From: Saprolegnia diclina VS20 | Taxonomy: Eukaryota | Length of the DNA: 41,478 bases | NCBI RefSeq assembly: GCF_000281045.1 | Contig: NW_008246188.1 | Coordinates: 37,082 to 78,559, forward strand | Direction: 5' to 3' | Shown: positions 31,208 to 41,478 of the stretch, in pieces | Numbering within the stretch: the stretch's first letter is position 1 | Layout: the number at the start of each line of letters is the position of its first letter | The notes under the pieces: model-generated | Database searches by the model: none | What the model saw: only the letters and a program-made list of their open reading frames with translations | Told to the model about the DNA's origin: nothing | Position numbers and translations under genes: made by a program

Positions 31208-32422
31208 GCTGCTGCAAGCGACCGACGAAGGTCCGTTTTGGTTATGAAATTGCCATAACGCAGCTCGCCGGCCTCTGATTGGCTCCTCTGTTGGATATCG
31301 TCGCTATAAATTCTAGTATGCGGATACAAATCCCAAGATATGAATGATTACGACGGCGGCATTGTGACTGCGTCATCCGCGCCCAAAGGTACCCAAAGCA
31401 ACAACACGTCTCTGCGTCAGGTTGCCGACTCGTGGAGAAGAGCGCGTCGATGGACAGCCTGAAAGCAATGGCGCGCTGCCAGCACAGAGCGCTGCGACCG
31501 CGCGCATGAGAGTGGTAGGTGGGCGAGTAAACCGTCTTCTACTGTGCCGTCCCTGAGAAGATGTAGAAGAAGATGAAGAAGGGTGAGAAGACTCGGTGCA
31601 AAGTGAGCCGCACGAGCCTGTTGCCCCGCTTTGGTTGAACGCATGGCTCATGGCTTTGCAGAGAAGCGGCAAAGCGGTTCGAGGCTGCGGTTAGTACGGA
31701 CGCGACGGCCGAGCAAAAATGGTGGTCCACCGTGTACAGGATCGCAGTGTCTTGGTCGTGAGCTGCTCGAGCCAATCGAACCCACGGCAGGTGCTAGTAG
31801 GCAAAAGAGTGCGCCCTTCGTGGTGGTAGTTTAGGAGGAGTCAGTGCTAGACGATCGCAACGCGTGGTCGCATCGCTCGCTGTATACGTTCGGCTGCCAA
31901 GAAGCTGCCTTGAAGTGGAGCTGTCTACGAAACTACAATGTCGTGGTCTTCTCGAACCGTATCGCCGTGCAGTTGCTAGGCTCTATTGCTCAAGGTTGGT
32001 GCCCAATACAAGCAGATGCACCTCATGAATTACCCTTGCACGGACCACACCAGTCGCGCACTGCGATACTGAGTACACGAAGCGCGCCTCCAGTCAGTAG
32101 CGAAGGCTTCACAAGCCTCTTATCCCCACAACGTACAGCCTTCATCTTGTGCGAACGAAGGCTCAGTTGCTGCAGTGTACCGCTCGCGCCCGCAAGTTGC
32201 GTCAAAAGAGGGTATTCTCCTATATATCACCGACGCAATTGCACCCCATTTTGTCAAACTTGTCTTTTTGCGTCTAGATTTCGGTCCGAGGTTGAAGCTC
32301 AAGAACGCACCCGCTGATCACACAGCGTTCCACGTTTTGATTGGCATGTGGGTAGCCTCTCAGAAGCCCCCTCGGAACCAACGCCGCCGCTTGGCCGTCG
32401 AAATAAGATCGCACTCTCTGGT

Positions 32423-32438
32423 TCATTTTGAGTTTGCG
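32423..32438 (+). promoter_or_regulatory. INR+FPR core promoter of GGH
   Basis: TCATTTTGAGTTTGCG about 10 nt before ATG 32449; TGATTGG (reverse CCAAT) at 32338-32344. Confidence 0.55.
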
Positions 32439-32448
32439 TGCCTCCAAG

Positions 32449-33546
32449 ATGGTCGACGCCGCCACCGTCCCGATCCTGCCCAAGGCCAAGCCGACGTCGT
32501 CGCGTACGAGACGGCTCGTGGTCGCACTGGGCCTCGCCGTCGGCTGCTTGCTTGCCGTCGCCAGCACAACCACGACGCCTATTGCGCCGATTGAGCTCGC
32601 GCAGACAAGTCCTATCTTGACACCGAACCCAATCATTGGCGTCTTCTCGCACCCGACGACCAACCCGAGCGAGGGCGGGCCGTACGAGTACATTGCGGCG
32701 TCGTACATCAAGTGGATCGAGAGCGCTGGTGGACGCGCCGTGCGCATTCCGTTCACGGCGTCCGAGTCGGAGCTGACGCGTCTTCTCTCGAGTGTCAACG
32801 GCCTCCTCTTCCCCGGGGGCGATCCGTCGCCCAACGCGCAAGCAAAGTTCCTCCTCGAGTCTGCGATTGCTATCAACCGAAACGGCACGTACTTCCCAGT
32901 GTGGGGCACGTGCCTCGGGTTCGAGTGGCTCGTGCAACTGACGGCTGGCGACAATGGGATCCTCGACAAGGTGGACGCGCAAAACATTAGCTCGACCATA
33001 TCGTACACCCCAAGCGCGGCCTCGAGCCGGCTCTTTAGCTACAGCCGCTACTACGACGCGCTCACGACCTCGCCGCTCACAGCCAACTTTCACCACTACG
33101 GCATCACAAAAACGCACTTTGATGCGACACCAAGTCTCACGGCCTTCTTCAAGGTACTAATACCTCGGGATGAAGGACTTTGCGACAATAATATCGTGTA
33201 GGCGCTCGCCACGTCGCTCGATCGCCAAGGCGTGACGTACGTGAGTGCGATCGAAGCCATCGAGTTTCCCTTCTACGGTCTCCAGTTCCACCCGGAGAAG
33301 AACCCGTATGAGTTTGGCCGGCTGCCGTCCGGGGCGTTCTATGGCGACATTGACCACTCGTCCCCGTCGCTCCTCGCTGCCCAAGCGTTTGCGCACTTTT
33401 TCATTGGCGAGGCCAAGAAAAACGCGCATGCGTTCCCGTCGTTTGAGATTGAGTTTGAGAATATTTTGTACAACCACCCGCCGTCCGCGTCACACTACCC
33501 CGGTTTCGAGTCGGTCTACCTCTTCAAGCCCTTTGGCTACCCGTAA
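32449..33546 (+). CDS. GGH: Gamma-glutamyl hydrolase (peptidase C26), 349 aa, 2 exons
   Basis: Exons 32449-33153, 33202-33546. PIIGV, YIAASYIKWIESAGGR, NGLLFPGG, WGTCLGFE (catalytic Cys), QFHPEK (His); N-terminal hydrophobic segment. Confidence 0.92.
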
Positions 33547-33833
33547 AAACGCTATTCGATGCAATAATACTACGTGGAAATTGTGTTTTTGTCCACAGAA
33601 ACGAGCGGAAATCGAAGCGACAAGTAAAGAGCGGAACATTTTGCGATGGAAAAACACTCCAGTCCAAAACTAAGCCCTTGACGGCGGCTAAATCTGGCAT
33701 GCCAAGCACGGGATAGCCAAGACGCCAAGAATCATGGCCAGGCCCTAGGCCTGCATCAATGCTCTCAGGATGGAGCATACTGAAATCTCCTCAATAGGAC
33801 GTATGTGGGATCCAAAGAGCTTTGTTATAGAGC

Positions 33834-34626
33834 TTACGCCTCGGCCACGACCTCTTGGATGGGCTGCCGCGCAAATTTAAGAATCGAGAGGCGTTCGTTG
33901 AACGCTTGGCGCGACCGCACGACCTACAACGTCCATGAGGGTGCAGGTTAGCGTGGGGATCTCTACGGTCGTGGAAAAGCCGTTGGCTGCCATGATCCGC
34001 GCAATGTCTTTTGGTCGGTTCTCGGCCACAATGACCATGTAAAAGACGCCGACGGGGGACAGGAGGTGCTAGTACAATCGATTGTTTGGCCTTGTGCGAA
34101 TGCCAATGATACCTGGACGAGGGGCAGAAGCCGGTCAATGACTTCGCGCCCGTGCAAGCCGCCGGCCCACGCTGCCTCAATGCCCCTACCCAGCGTCTTT
34201 ATAAAACCATTCAAAGCGAGTGGTGCAGTACGTGGAGCCGACTTCTTCGGACGGCGTCGGGACATACGGCGGGTTGAAGAGGAGCACATCGACTTGGTGG
34301 CGCAGCTGCAGTTGCGTAAGGAGGTCCATGCGCACAATCTCAATGTTGTGGATGGCATTGAGGCGCGCGGTTGCCTTTGTACATGCGGTCGCTTCGTCGT
34401 TGATGTCGACCGCCAAGAGCAGCGCGGGCTGGTCGATCGACGCAAGCTGCTGCATCGTGTAGACACCCACGACGCCCGAGCCCGGGCCGAGCTCCAGCAC
34501 GAGCGAAGGACGTAGGTCGGCGAGGAAAGGCGTCTCGTCTTGGATCGCGTCAAGGAAAAGGTATGTGTCTTCGGCCGGCTCGTACACGTCGCCAAGGACG
34601 TCGGGCGTAGCTGGCACCGCTGCCAT
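33834..34626 (-). CDS. N6AMT1: HemK2/N6AMT1 (Mtq2-like) eRF1 glutamine methyltransferase, 219 aa, 4 exons
   Basis: Exons 34626-34232, 34185-34113, 34068-33967, 33923-33834 (660 nt). VYEPAEDTYLFLDA, LELGPGSG, FNPPYVPT, AWAGG..GREVIDR. Confidence 0.92.
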
Positions 34627-34774
34627 GGTGTTGCTTGCAATTCATTGGCCCCGCCAAAATGCACTTTCTATCGCGCTTCAATGGCATGGTTTCCTCTTGG
34701 GTTTACTATTGATAGAGCATCTCTAGTATTTGTAAATGTAAAATATGCGAAAACATCTCTCACTAGCGTCGTGT

Positions 34775-34807
34775 GATTGGATTGGCGGATTGGAAACAGT
34801 GGATTGG
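34775..34807. promoter_or_regulatory. Cluster of four GATTGG (reverse CCAAT) boxes in the divergent N6AMT1/OCRL intergenic region
   Basis: GATTGGATTGGCGGATTGGAAACAGTGGATTGG. Confidence 0.55.
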
Positions 34808-35545
34808 ACAGGCGCATACACTGTTTGAGAGCGATTGAAGCATTGCCGTCGCCGTTGGCGCGTTGGCACGGCCTACGAAGCTTGGCTACCTTTGCTCGGC
34901 TGCGAGAAGATCAATATGGTCGATACCAGACCACCGGTCCGCACGAGCAGACATGACTGTACGTAGCGATAGACAAGATTAGGTGGAGCGATTACTTGTG
35001 AGTCCAGCGCCCCGAACGCGCCGACCAGCCCTGCGATGCTGGCGACACGATCACGGCTTGAGCTCAGTCATGACTGGAGCTCGATAGCATAGTTCGCATA
35101 CGTACTGGGGCGATAACCCAAGGCTACGTTTACACTCGTCGCACCCCAACCTGTCGAGGTATCGTAGCGATCGAGCCATGACCAATCAACTCGCCTGGCC
35201 TCAAGCGAAGATACCAATAGCATGCATCTGCCTCCGAGCTTCGTCGGAGGCCATCTCATGACCACTGGACTTGACCCTGATCCTTGGCCAGGGTCGATGA
35301 ACCACGACTCGCATCCAGCGCCATTTCCGCTCGCGTTCAACAACTTGATTTCGTATTTTTGGGTGATTCGCACAAGACAATTTGCGATTCCAAGGGAAGC
35401 CGTCTTTGGTTCTCACTGCTTATCTACTTTTTCACTTTTTGCTTGGGAGATGCGGCCGGCGATATCTTTGTTTTCCGGATATGACTCTCGTATCCGGAAT
35501 ACATCCAAAACGGTTTTCACGCAGTCGGTGACTGCGTTGACGAAG

Positions 35546-38137
35546 ATGAGCTTCTCGGGTCGGTCGTCGGGCAGCGGGAGCAGCGACATGCAGCAGCAGA
35601 CGAACGGGCGCTGCTACATCCCGACGGTCCAGTCCATGCTCCGCGACGACTGGATCCACCAGCGCATGCGCCAGCGGGCCTCCGAGTACATGGAGGAGAA
35701 GGAGATCGCGCTCTGGGCGGGCACCTTCAACGTCAACGCCAAGAAGCCCGTCTCGGTCGCCGAGGCCATGAAGCTCTTGCCATGGCTCCAGCCGACGCGC
35801 AGTCTCCCGGACGTCGTCGCCGTCGGGTTTCAGGAAATCGTTGATCTCAACGCGGTCAACGTCGTTGTCAACAACATGACGGCGACGCGCAGCCAGCAGT
35901 GGGAAGAGTCGCTCTCGGCCGCGCTCAATGGCCACATGTCCAACGACAATTACGACGTCGTGCTGCACAAGCACCTCGTGGGCATCCTCCTCATCGTCTT
36001 TGTCAAGCGCGAGCACGTGCCATTTGTCTCGGACGTCATGGGCGCAACCGCCGGCGTGGGCATCATGGGCGTCATGGTACCTCTTCCGCCTTTTCACGCC
36101 GTACCTCATGGCGCGTGTAGGGCAACAAGGGCGGCGTCGCCGTGCGCCTTCGGCTCTACGACAGCACGCTCTGCTTTGTCTGCTCGCATCTCGCAGCCCA
36201 CACGCACAACGTGTCTGGGCGCAACGCCGACTTTGCCAACATTCTGCACAAAATCGAGTTTCGCGACGCCGACGACGGGTACGCTTCTTGTCCAAGCAGC
36301 GCCTCATCAACGTCATCTATAGCCTCCAAGAGCTCTTGCCGTCGCCGACAGCGGGCCACCACGTCGGGCTTGGCATTGCCAACCACGATTTCATTTTTTG
36401 GATCGGCGATCTCAACTACCGGCTCGTCGAAGACAGCAGCTTGACGATCGAAGACTGCTTTCTTCACGTTGAGAAGCGCAACTTGGAGTACCTCCTCGCC
36501 CGAGAGCAGGTATGTGCCTGGGTCCGACGACGCAGCGGACGCGTCACATGCCATTAGCTCTTGCTCGAGGTCGCCAAGGGCAACGTCTTCCAAGGCTTCC
36601 AAGAAGGCGCCATCACGTTCCCGCCCACGTACAAGTTTCAAGCCGGCACGTCGTTCTACGACCGTCGGCCCGACAAGAAAGTGCGCGCACCGGCGTGGTC
36701 CGTTCGCCGAAGATGCTTGCGTTCGTCACACACAGCTAGGTGCGACCGCGTGCTCTGGAAGGCCAAGGACCCGTCGGCCGTGCGGCAGTTGTACTATGGC
36801 ACAGTCATGGAGATCGACATCTCGGACCACAAGCCCGTCGCCGCCACCTTCCAAGCCAAGGTCATTCTTTCTCTGCCCGAGTCCACATCGGTCGCTAAGC
36901 AAAGAGAATGAGTAGATCCAGCATGAAGTCGAGGCCAAGAAGGAGGTCGTCCAGCGCGAAGTGAGCCGCGACTTTGACAAGTGGGAGTCCAACAACAAAC
37001 CCAAGGTACGGACGATCGTCTTGGCCTCGCTATCAACGCGTATAGATCCTCGTCTCGGACGGCGGGCTCATGGAGTTCGAGCATGTGACGTACCTCGTGC
37101 CGCAGACCAAGTCGTTTACGCTCGAAAACGTCGGCGTGGTGCCCGCACACTTCAAATTCACCCCCAAGCTCCACGAACCCGCAATCTCCAAGGTACGACC
37201 ATCCTGATACCTACATCTCAAGTCGAAACGTAGAGCTGGCTGAGCGTCTCGCCCGCGTACGGCGTCCTCGCCCCCAAGGAGCGCGTCCAGCTGCAGTTTA
37301 CGGTGCTTGTGTCGCATCACACGGTGCATCTCCTCTCGAGCGGCCAAGACACGCTCGACGACACCCTCGTCTTGCGCGTCGCCAACGGTGCCGACCACTT
37401 CCTCGTCGTCTCGGGCTCGTTCTTACCGTACCCTTCTTCGTCTTTGGCCTTTCCGTGTCTCACCCAGTGCCTAGTACCTGCTTTGGCGCAACGTTGGAGC
37501 AGCTTGTCGTACGCCTGGAGCCCGTGCGCAAGCAGGTTGCGATCAAGCGCGACGTGACGAGCGTCCAAAAGATCCCGAAAGAGCTCTGGCGCATGGTCGA
37601 CGACCTCTTCACCCACGGCCTGCGCACGCCCGAGTTGTTTTTGGCCAACCCGCTCAAAGACGCCGAGACCACGGGCATTCGCGATGCTCTGGACGCTGGT
37701 ACCGCGTTCCACCCGCACCGGTGCGTCCGCCTATGGTCGATCGTGAGCGCTCACATTTTGGGGGCTAGTCCGCAGGCCATGGCCGGTGTCTTGCTGCATT
37801 GGCTCCAAACCCTCCGGGAGAGCGTCCTGCCCGAGCAAGTGCTCAACCTCGAGAGCCCGCGGTCCATTGTGGATGCGCTGACGCCGATCCACTACAACAC
37901 GTTCATCTACCTGCTCTCGTTCTTACGGGAGCTCCTCAAGTTTGGGAGCGAGAACCACCTGCATGCCTCCACTCTCGGTACGCTTGGCGTGCCGATGATA
38001 CTGTAGCGACGACACTGTACGTAGCGCCGGTCTTTGCCCGCTGCTTTCTCGGGTACGCGCTCGACCGACCGTCGACGCCCAAGGTCGACAACCTCGAGCG
38101 GTTGCTCGTCCAGTACTTGACCCAAGGCACCTTGTAA
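35546..38137 (+). CDS. OCRL: OCRL/INPP5B-like inositol polyphosphate 5-phosphatase (5-phosphatase + ASH + RhoGAP-like), about 711 aa, 11 exons
   Basis: Exons 35546-36076, 36121-36278, 36323-36509, 36558-36697, 36740-36860, 36916-37005, 37046-37192, 37234-37427, 37475-37720, 37769-37977, 38025-38137 (2136 nt). GTFNVN, VGFQEI, GNKGGV, WIGDLNYR, PPTYKF, PAWCDRV, SDHKPV; ASH LENVG; IPKELWRMVD. Confidence 0.9.
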
Positions 38138-38170
38138 TCTGCATTTGTACGACACTCAACTTTTCTGATC

Positions 38171-40027
38171 TCACGCCGCGTCGTCGTCGTCGTCGGCATC
38201 GAGAAGCGACTCGAGGATCGCGTCGGGCGCCTCGACACTTGCCGCCCGCCACGCGCAGAGCGGCGCAATGAGGCCAATGTACAGCAGAACGATCCCATAT
38301 GCAACCACCGCGCCCGTCGTCGCATACGTTCTACGCAGACAGGCTCGCGCATGCACTGTGGACGTGCGCTGTGTACCTCGCCGACGTCCAGAGCATCGCG
38401 GCCATCGCAGACCCGACGTCGTACAAGTTGAGGATGCAGAGCACAGCGGCGAGCACGATGGCCGCCGTACGCGTGCGCGCGCCGTTGACAAAGTGTTTGC
38501 CCATGATGCGGCGGGAACTCGTGAGCGTCACGAGCGGCAAGAGCGAAAGCGGCAAGGCGAGGCTCTGCACGACGTGCAGCCACGTATGGTCCAGCTCGCC
38601 CTTGTCGAGCGCCGACACGGCGAGCATCACCTACGCACCATGATCCTCAAACGAGATGCACATTGCAGAATGGCGCACCGCCGGAAGGAGCGCCAGTACG
38701 CGTGTGAGTGCAATGCGCTTCCACGCCGGCAAGCGCAGCGGCACGAAGCCTTCCATGACAAACTGGCCGGCGTACGTGGCCGTCATCGTGCTTGCTTGTC
38801 CTGCTGCAAGGAGAGCGATGGCCCACGCATGGGCGGCCGGGCCGCCCAAGGTGTCCCGCAGGGCGCTGCCCGCATCAACGAGCCCCAACGGTTGGCAGTA
38901 GCCGTACATCTGCAGACGTAGTCGTTGCTCATGGCACCAAGACGATGGATATAACGTACTTGGGTGTGCCCCATGGCGCAGCGCGGGCAGTCGTCGCTCA
39001 CCGTGTGGTTGAGCACGAGGCATGGCGCGAGCGAGTAGTAGTTGTACACGGGTGAGCCCGAGAAGAGGGCCGTGGCGGGCGGGAGACAGGCCGATTGATC
39101 CTACGAACGAGCGTGCAAACGCAGTGACGAGGCAACGCTGCTACCGGCAAGACCGAGCACGGGGCGGCGTAGAAGGCGTCGGCAAAGAGCCCGAGCACCG
39201 CCACGTTGATGACCAAGATGGTGCAGAGCGCGATGCCGACCTCGACCGACGCGTACAAGGTCGCAGCGCGCACGGCGGAGCGCTGCTGGCGGTTGAGCGG
39301 TCGGAGGGCGACGAGCGCCGAGTGCAGAAAGAGGTTGTGTGGCACGACGGCCGGGCTTAGCGTGTTCATGGCCTGGCGCGCGTTGACGTCGGTGATGAGC
39401 GGTACGACGCTGCCAATAGCGTCGGCCCAGTCGACTTTGACCAGGCCAAAGTCGACCACAAAGCACAGGCCCATGGCCAGAAGCAGCACTAGCCATGTGC
39501 ATTGAGTTCTCATGCGAGACGAACGTCGAGAGCGCACCCGTGAAGAAGGCCTCGACGTAGCGGACGCCTAGCACGTGCAGCGAGAGGAAGGCAAAGGTCG
39601 CACAGCCAATGACGAGGCAGCCGCTCCAGAGAGGGATGCCCGTGAGTACATACAATGCAAGCGCCGATCTATAGGGCTACGAAAAACGACGTGGGATGAT
39701 GCCAAGGTCGTACCCGAGGATCTCATGCACGTCGCTACCAATGATCGCCGCCTCCGCCACAAGCCAGAGCACGAGCGAAACTGGTCGTGGGTACTCGGCG
39801 CTGCAGTGCTCCGAGAGGCTGCGGCCCGTGACCGCGCCGAGGCGGGCGGCGAGCACTTGGAAGAAGAAGCCGACGCCGAGGCTCAGCATGAGCACGCCGA
39901 GCACGTCAAAGTTGGTGTACGCGCCGGCCTGCAGCCGCACCTCGAGGCTCGATGGGCCAATGTAGGCCATGCTCACGAGCCAACCGGGCCCCACGTAGCT
40001 CATGAACTTGGTCCACGAGAAGCGCAT
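38171..40027 (-). CDS. NRAMP (SLC11) family protein with non-canonical metal site, 524 aa, 7 exons
   Basis: Exons 40027-39714, 39668-39538, 39488-39145, 39100-38960, 38909-38679, 38630-38377, 38330-38171 (1575 nt, in frame). [57 protein letters not shown]. Confidence 0.9.
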
Positions 40028-40229
40028 GATGCTTGCCGAGCAAAAATCTTTTCTGCCACCTCCAAGATTGGATATCGGGTATCAAGTGTCGCAGGTTTCG
40101 ACGCCATGGCGATCAGCTCTCACCTTAGACCGACTAGATACAAGTTGTCTGTAAAATACAAGTTGTCTACGACTAGATAGACTCTATTAGCAAAACAGTA
40201 TATCAACGTACTAGCGAAAACTCTGATAT

Positions 40230-41275
40230 CTATTGCGCCGTGCGCTGCGCAATGAGCTTTTGCTGGATGTTGGCTTCGAGAGCGCGAATGTCCTCCATGG
40301 TGAGGCCAAACCACTTGCCCGAGAGACACTGGGCCTAAGGACAATGCCATGAGCCTGCTGTAGGGCGACGAAAGGTAGTACCTGGCGCAGCGAGGCGTGG
40401 AAGAGGCGGCGCTGGCGGTCGCGGATGAACTTTTCGGCCTTGCCTTGGAAGCCCCAGTAGTCAAAGTTGACGCGAACGACCTTGACGCACGTCATGACGG
40501 GGTCGACCTTGGTTTCCCAGCCACGCTCGAGCGGGCCACGGCCCGTCTTGGGGCAGACATACTACATATATCCTGTGAGCAAGCACTGCGATGCATAGCG
40601 GCGCTGTACCGTCGAGGGATCGTAGTCGTCGTCCGAGTTTTGGTTGGGCAAATCCGACTCGATGCGAATCCTAGACAGTCCATGAGCACGTCAATCGTAT
40701 ACGTGCTCGTGTCGTACAGCTCGACTTCGCGGTTCTTGAGCTCGTCCTTGGTCAAGTTAAGTGCGTTGGCTACGCCATCGATGAGCCAGCACAACAGGAT
40801 GTCGAGGAAGTGTACCAGCGACGGTCGCGCCGGGCACGTGCAGCGACTCGATCGAGATGGAAAACTTCTTCTTCGCCAAATAGCCGTTGGTGATGACGGT
40901 CAGGCAGTGCGGGTACGCGTTCCATGCTTCTTCAATGAGCGTCATGCTGTCCTCGGGGCAGCTACGTGTCGAAATGAGCTCATGGCCTGTCACGGGCGTG
41001 GCCTACAGCGCGCTAATGTAGCCCGGGATCTCGCTCTTGACGTAGTAGTGCTTGAGCGTGTACTGGCCGCGGTTGCGCGGGATCTTGCAGTTGGAGATCG
41101 CCGAGACGTCGCCGAGCTGGCCGTTCGTGTTGTCGTACGGCTCGTTCTTGAGGATCTCGACGCCTTCGCCGCCCTTGGTGTTCTTCTCGCTGGCGTCGAC
41201 CACCATGTAGAGCTGCGCGACTTGGAACTCGTCGACCGTCATGTGCAGCGGGATGTGGAATTCATGGACGAGCAT
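40230..41275 (-). CDS. PITP: Phosphatidylinositol transfer protein (START-like PITP), 270 aa, 6 exons
   Basis: Exons 41275-41007, 40961-40816, 40769-40718, 40670-40610, 40561-40382, 40334-40230 (813 nt). EFQVAQLY, GGEGVEILKNEPY, GQYTLK, EEAWNAYP, KTGRGPL, WFGLTMEDIR. Confidence 0.92.
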
Positions 41276-41478
41276 GGTGGCGGCTTGGCGGCGACGACGA
41301 CGATGGCAAAATGTCGAAGCGTCAGCGAGGTTGGAGATAGCTGTTTTATTTGCGTTCCTGTTCTTTTATACAAACTTCAAAATTGAATTAAATATTGCAT
41401 TCTATTTGGTGTTTGGCGACCGTACTTAAGACGGAAATTCGTCGATTTTTCAAGCTGCATACAAACCGTGAGTGATTC

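Noticed and set aside
34240..34300. NPPY motif as a DNA adenine methyltransferase of a restriction-modification-like system
   Set aside because: The context (VYEPAED, AWAGG) identifies HemK2/Mtq2, a protein glutamine methyltransferase; no nuclease partner is nearby.
37560..37660. Missing arginine finger in the OCRL RhoGAP-like domain
   Set aside because: A catalytically inactive RhoGAP domain is the established state for OCRL/INPP5B.
1..41478. tRNA, rRNA or CRISPR arrays
   Set aside because: No cloverleaf with A/B boxes, rRNA-like sequence or repeat-spacer periodicity was seen by eye; a covariance-model scan would be needed to exclude small ncRNAs.

Overview
Eukaryotic genomic DNA with GC-rich third codon positions, almost certainly an oomycete and probably Saprolegniales. 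This is inferred from very short GT-AG introns (40-67 nt), INR+FPR core promoters (TCAYTYYNNAWTTKC-like), CCAAT boxes and an oomycete-type chromodomain Gypsy element. Gene content: a zinc-finger/DUF3505-like ORF, three intronless AAAP amino-acid permease paralogs, a 7-exon ABCC transporter, a 5-exon two-pore channel, a frameshifted pseudogene, a young 3.2-kb LTR retrotransposon lacking RT/RNase H, an SLC1/DAACS transporter, a tail-anchored RING ligase, gamma-glutamyl hydrolase, HemK2/N6AMT1, an 11-exon OCRL/INPP5B, a 7-exon NRAMP and a 6-exon PITP. Spliced models were built by hand and each sums to an intact reading frame. I did not find a clearly novel multi-gene system. The most interesting signals are: (i) an intact NRAMP whose metal-binding DPGN/Met site is erased; (ii) an intact SLC1 with its Na+ and acidic-substrate residues replaced; (iii) a TPC combining animal-type TAN/VNN filters with an EF-hand; (iv) the RT-less LTR element, with near-identical LTRs and an apparent Tc1/mariner footprint; (v) two long intergenic palindromes; (vi) a start-codon turnover in one permease paralog; (vii) several faint transposon fossils. 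Family assignments come from recalled motifs, not database searches.
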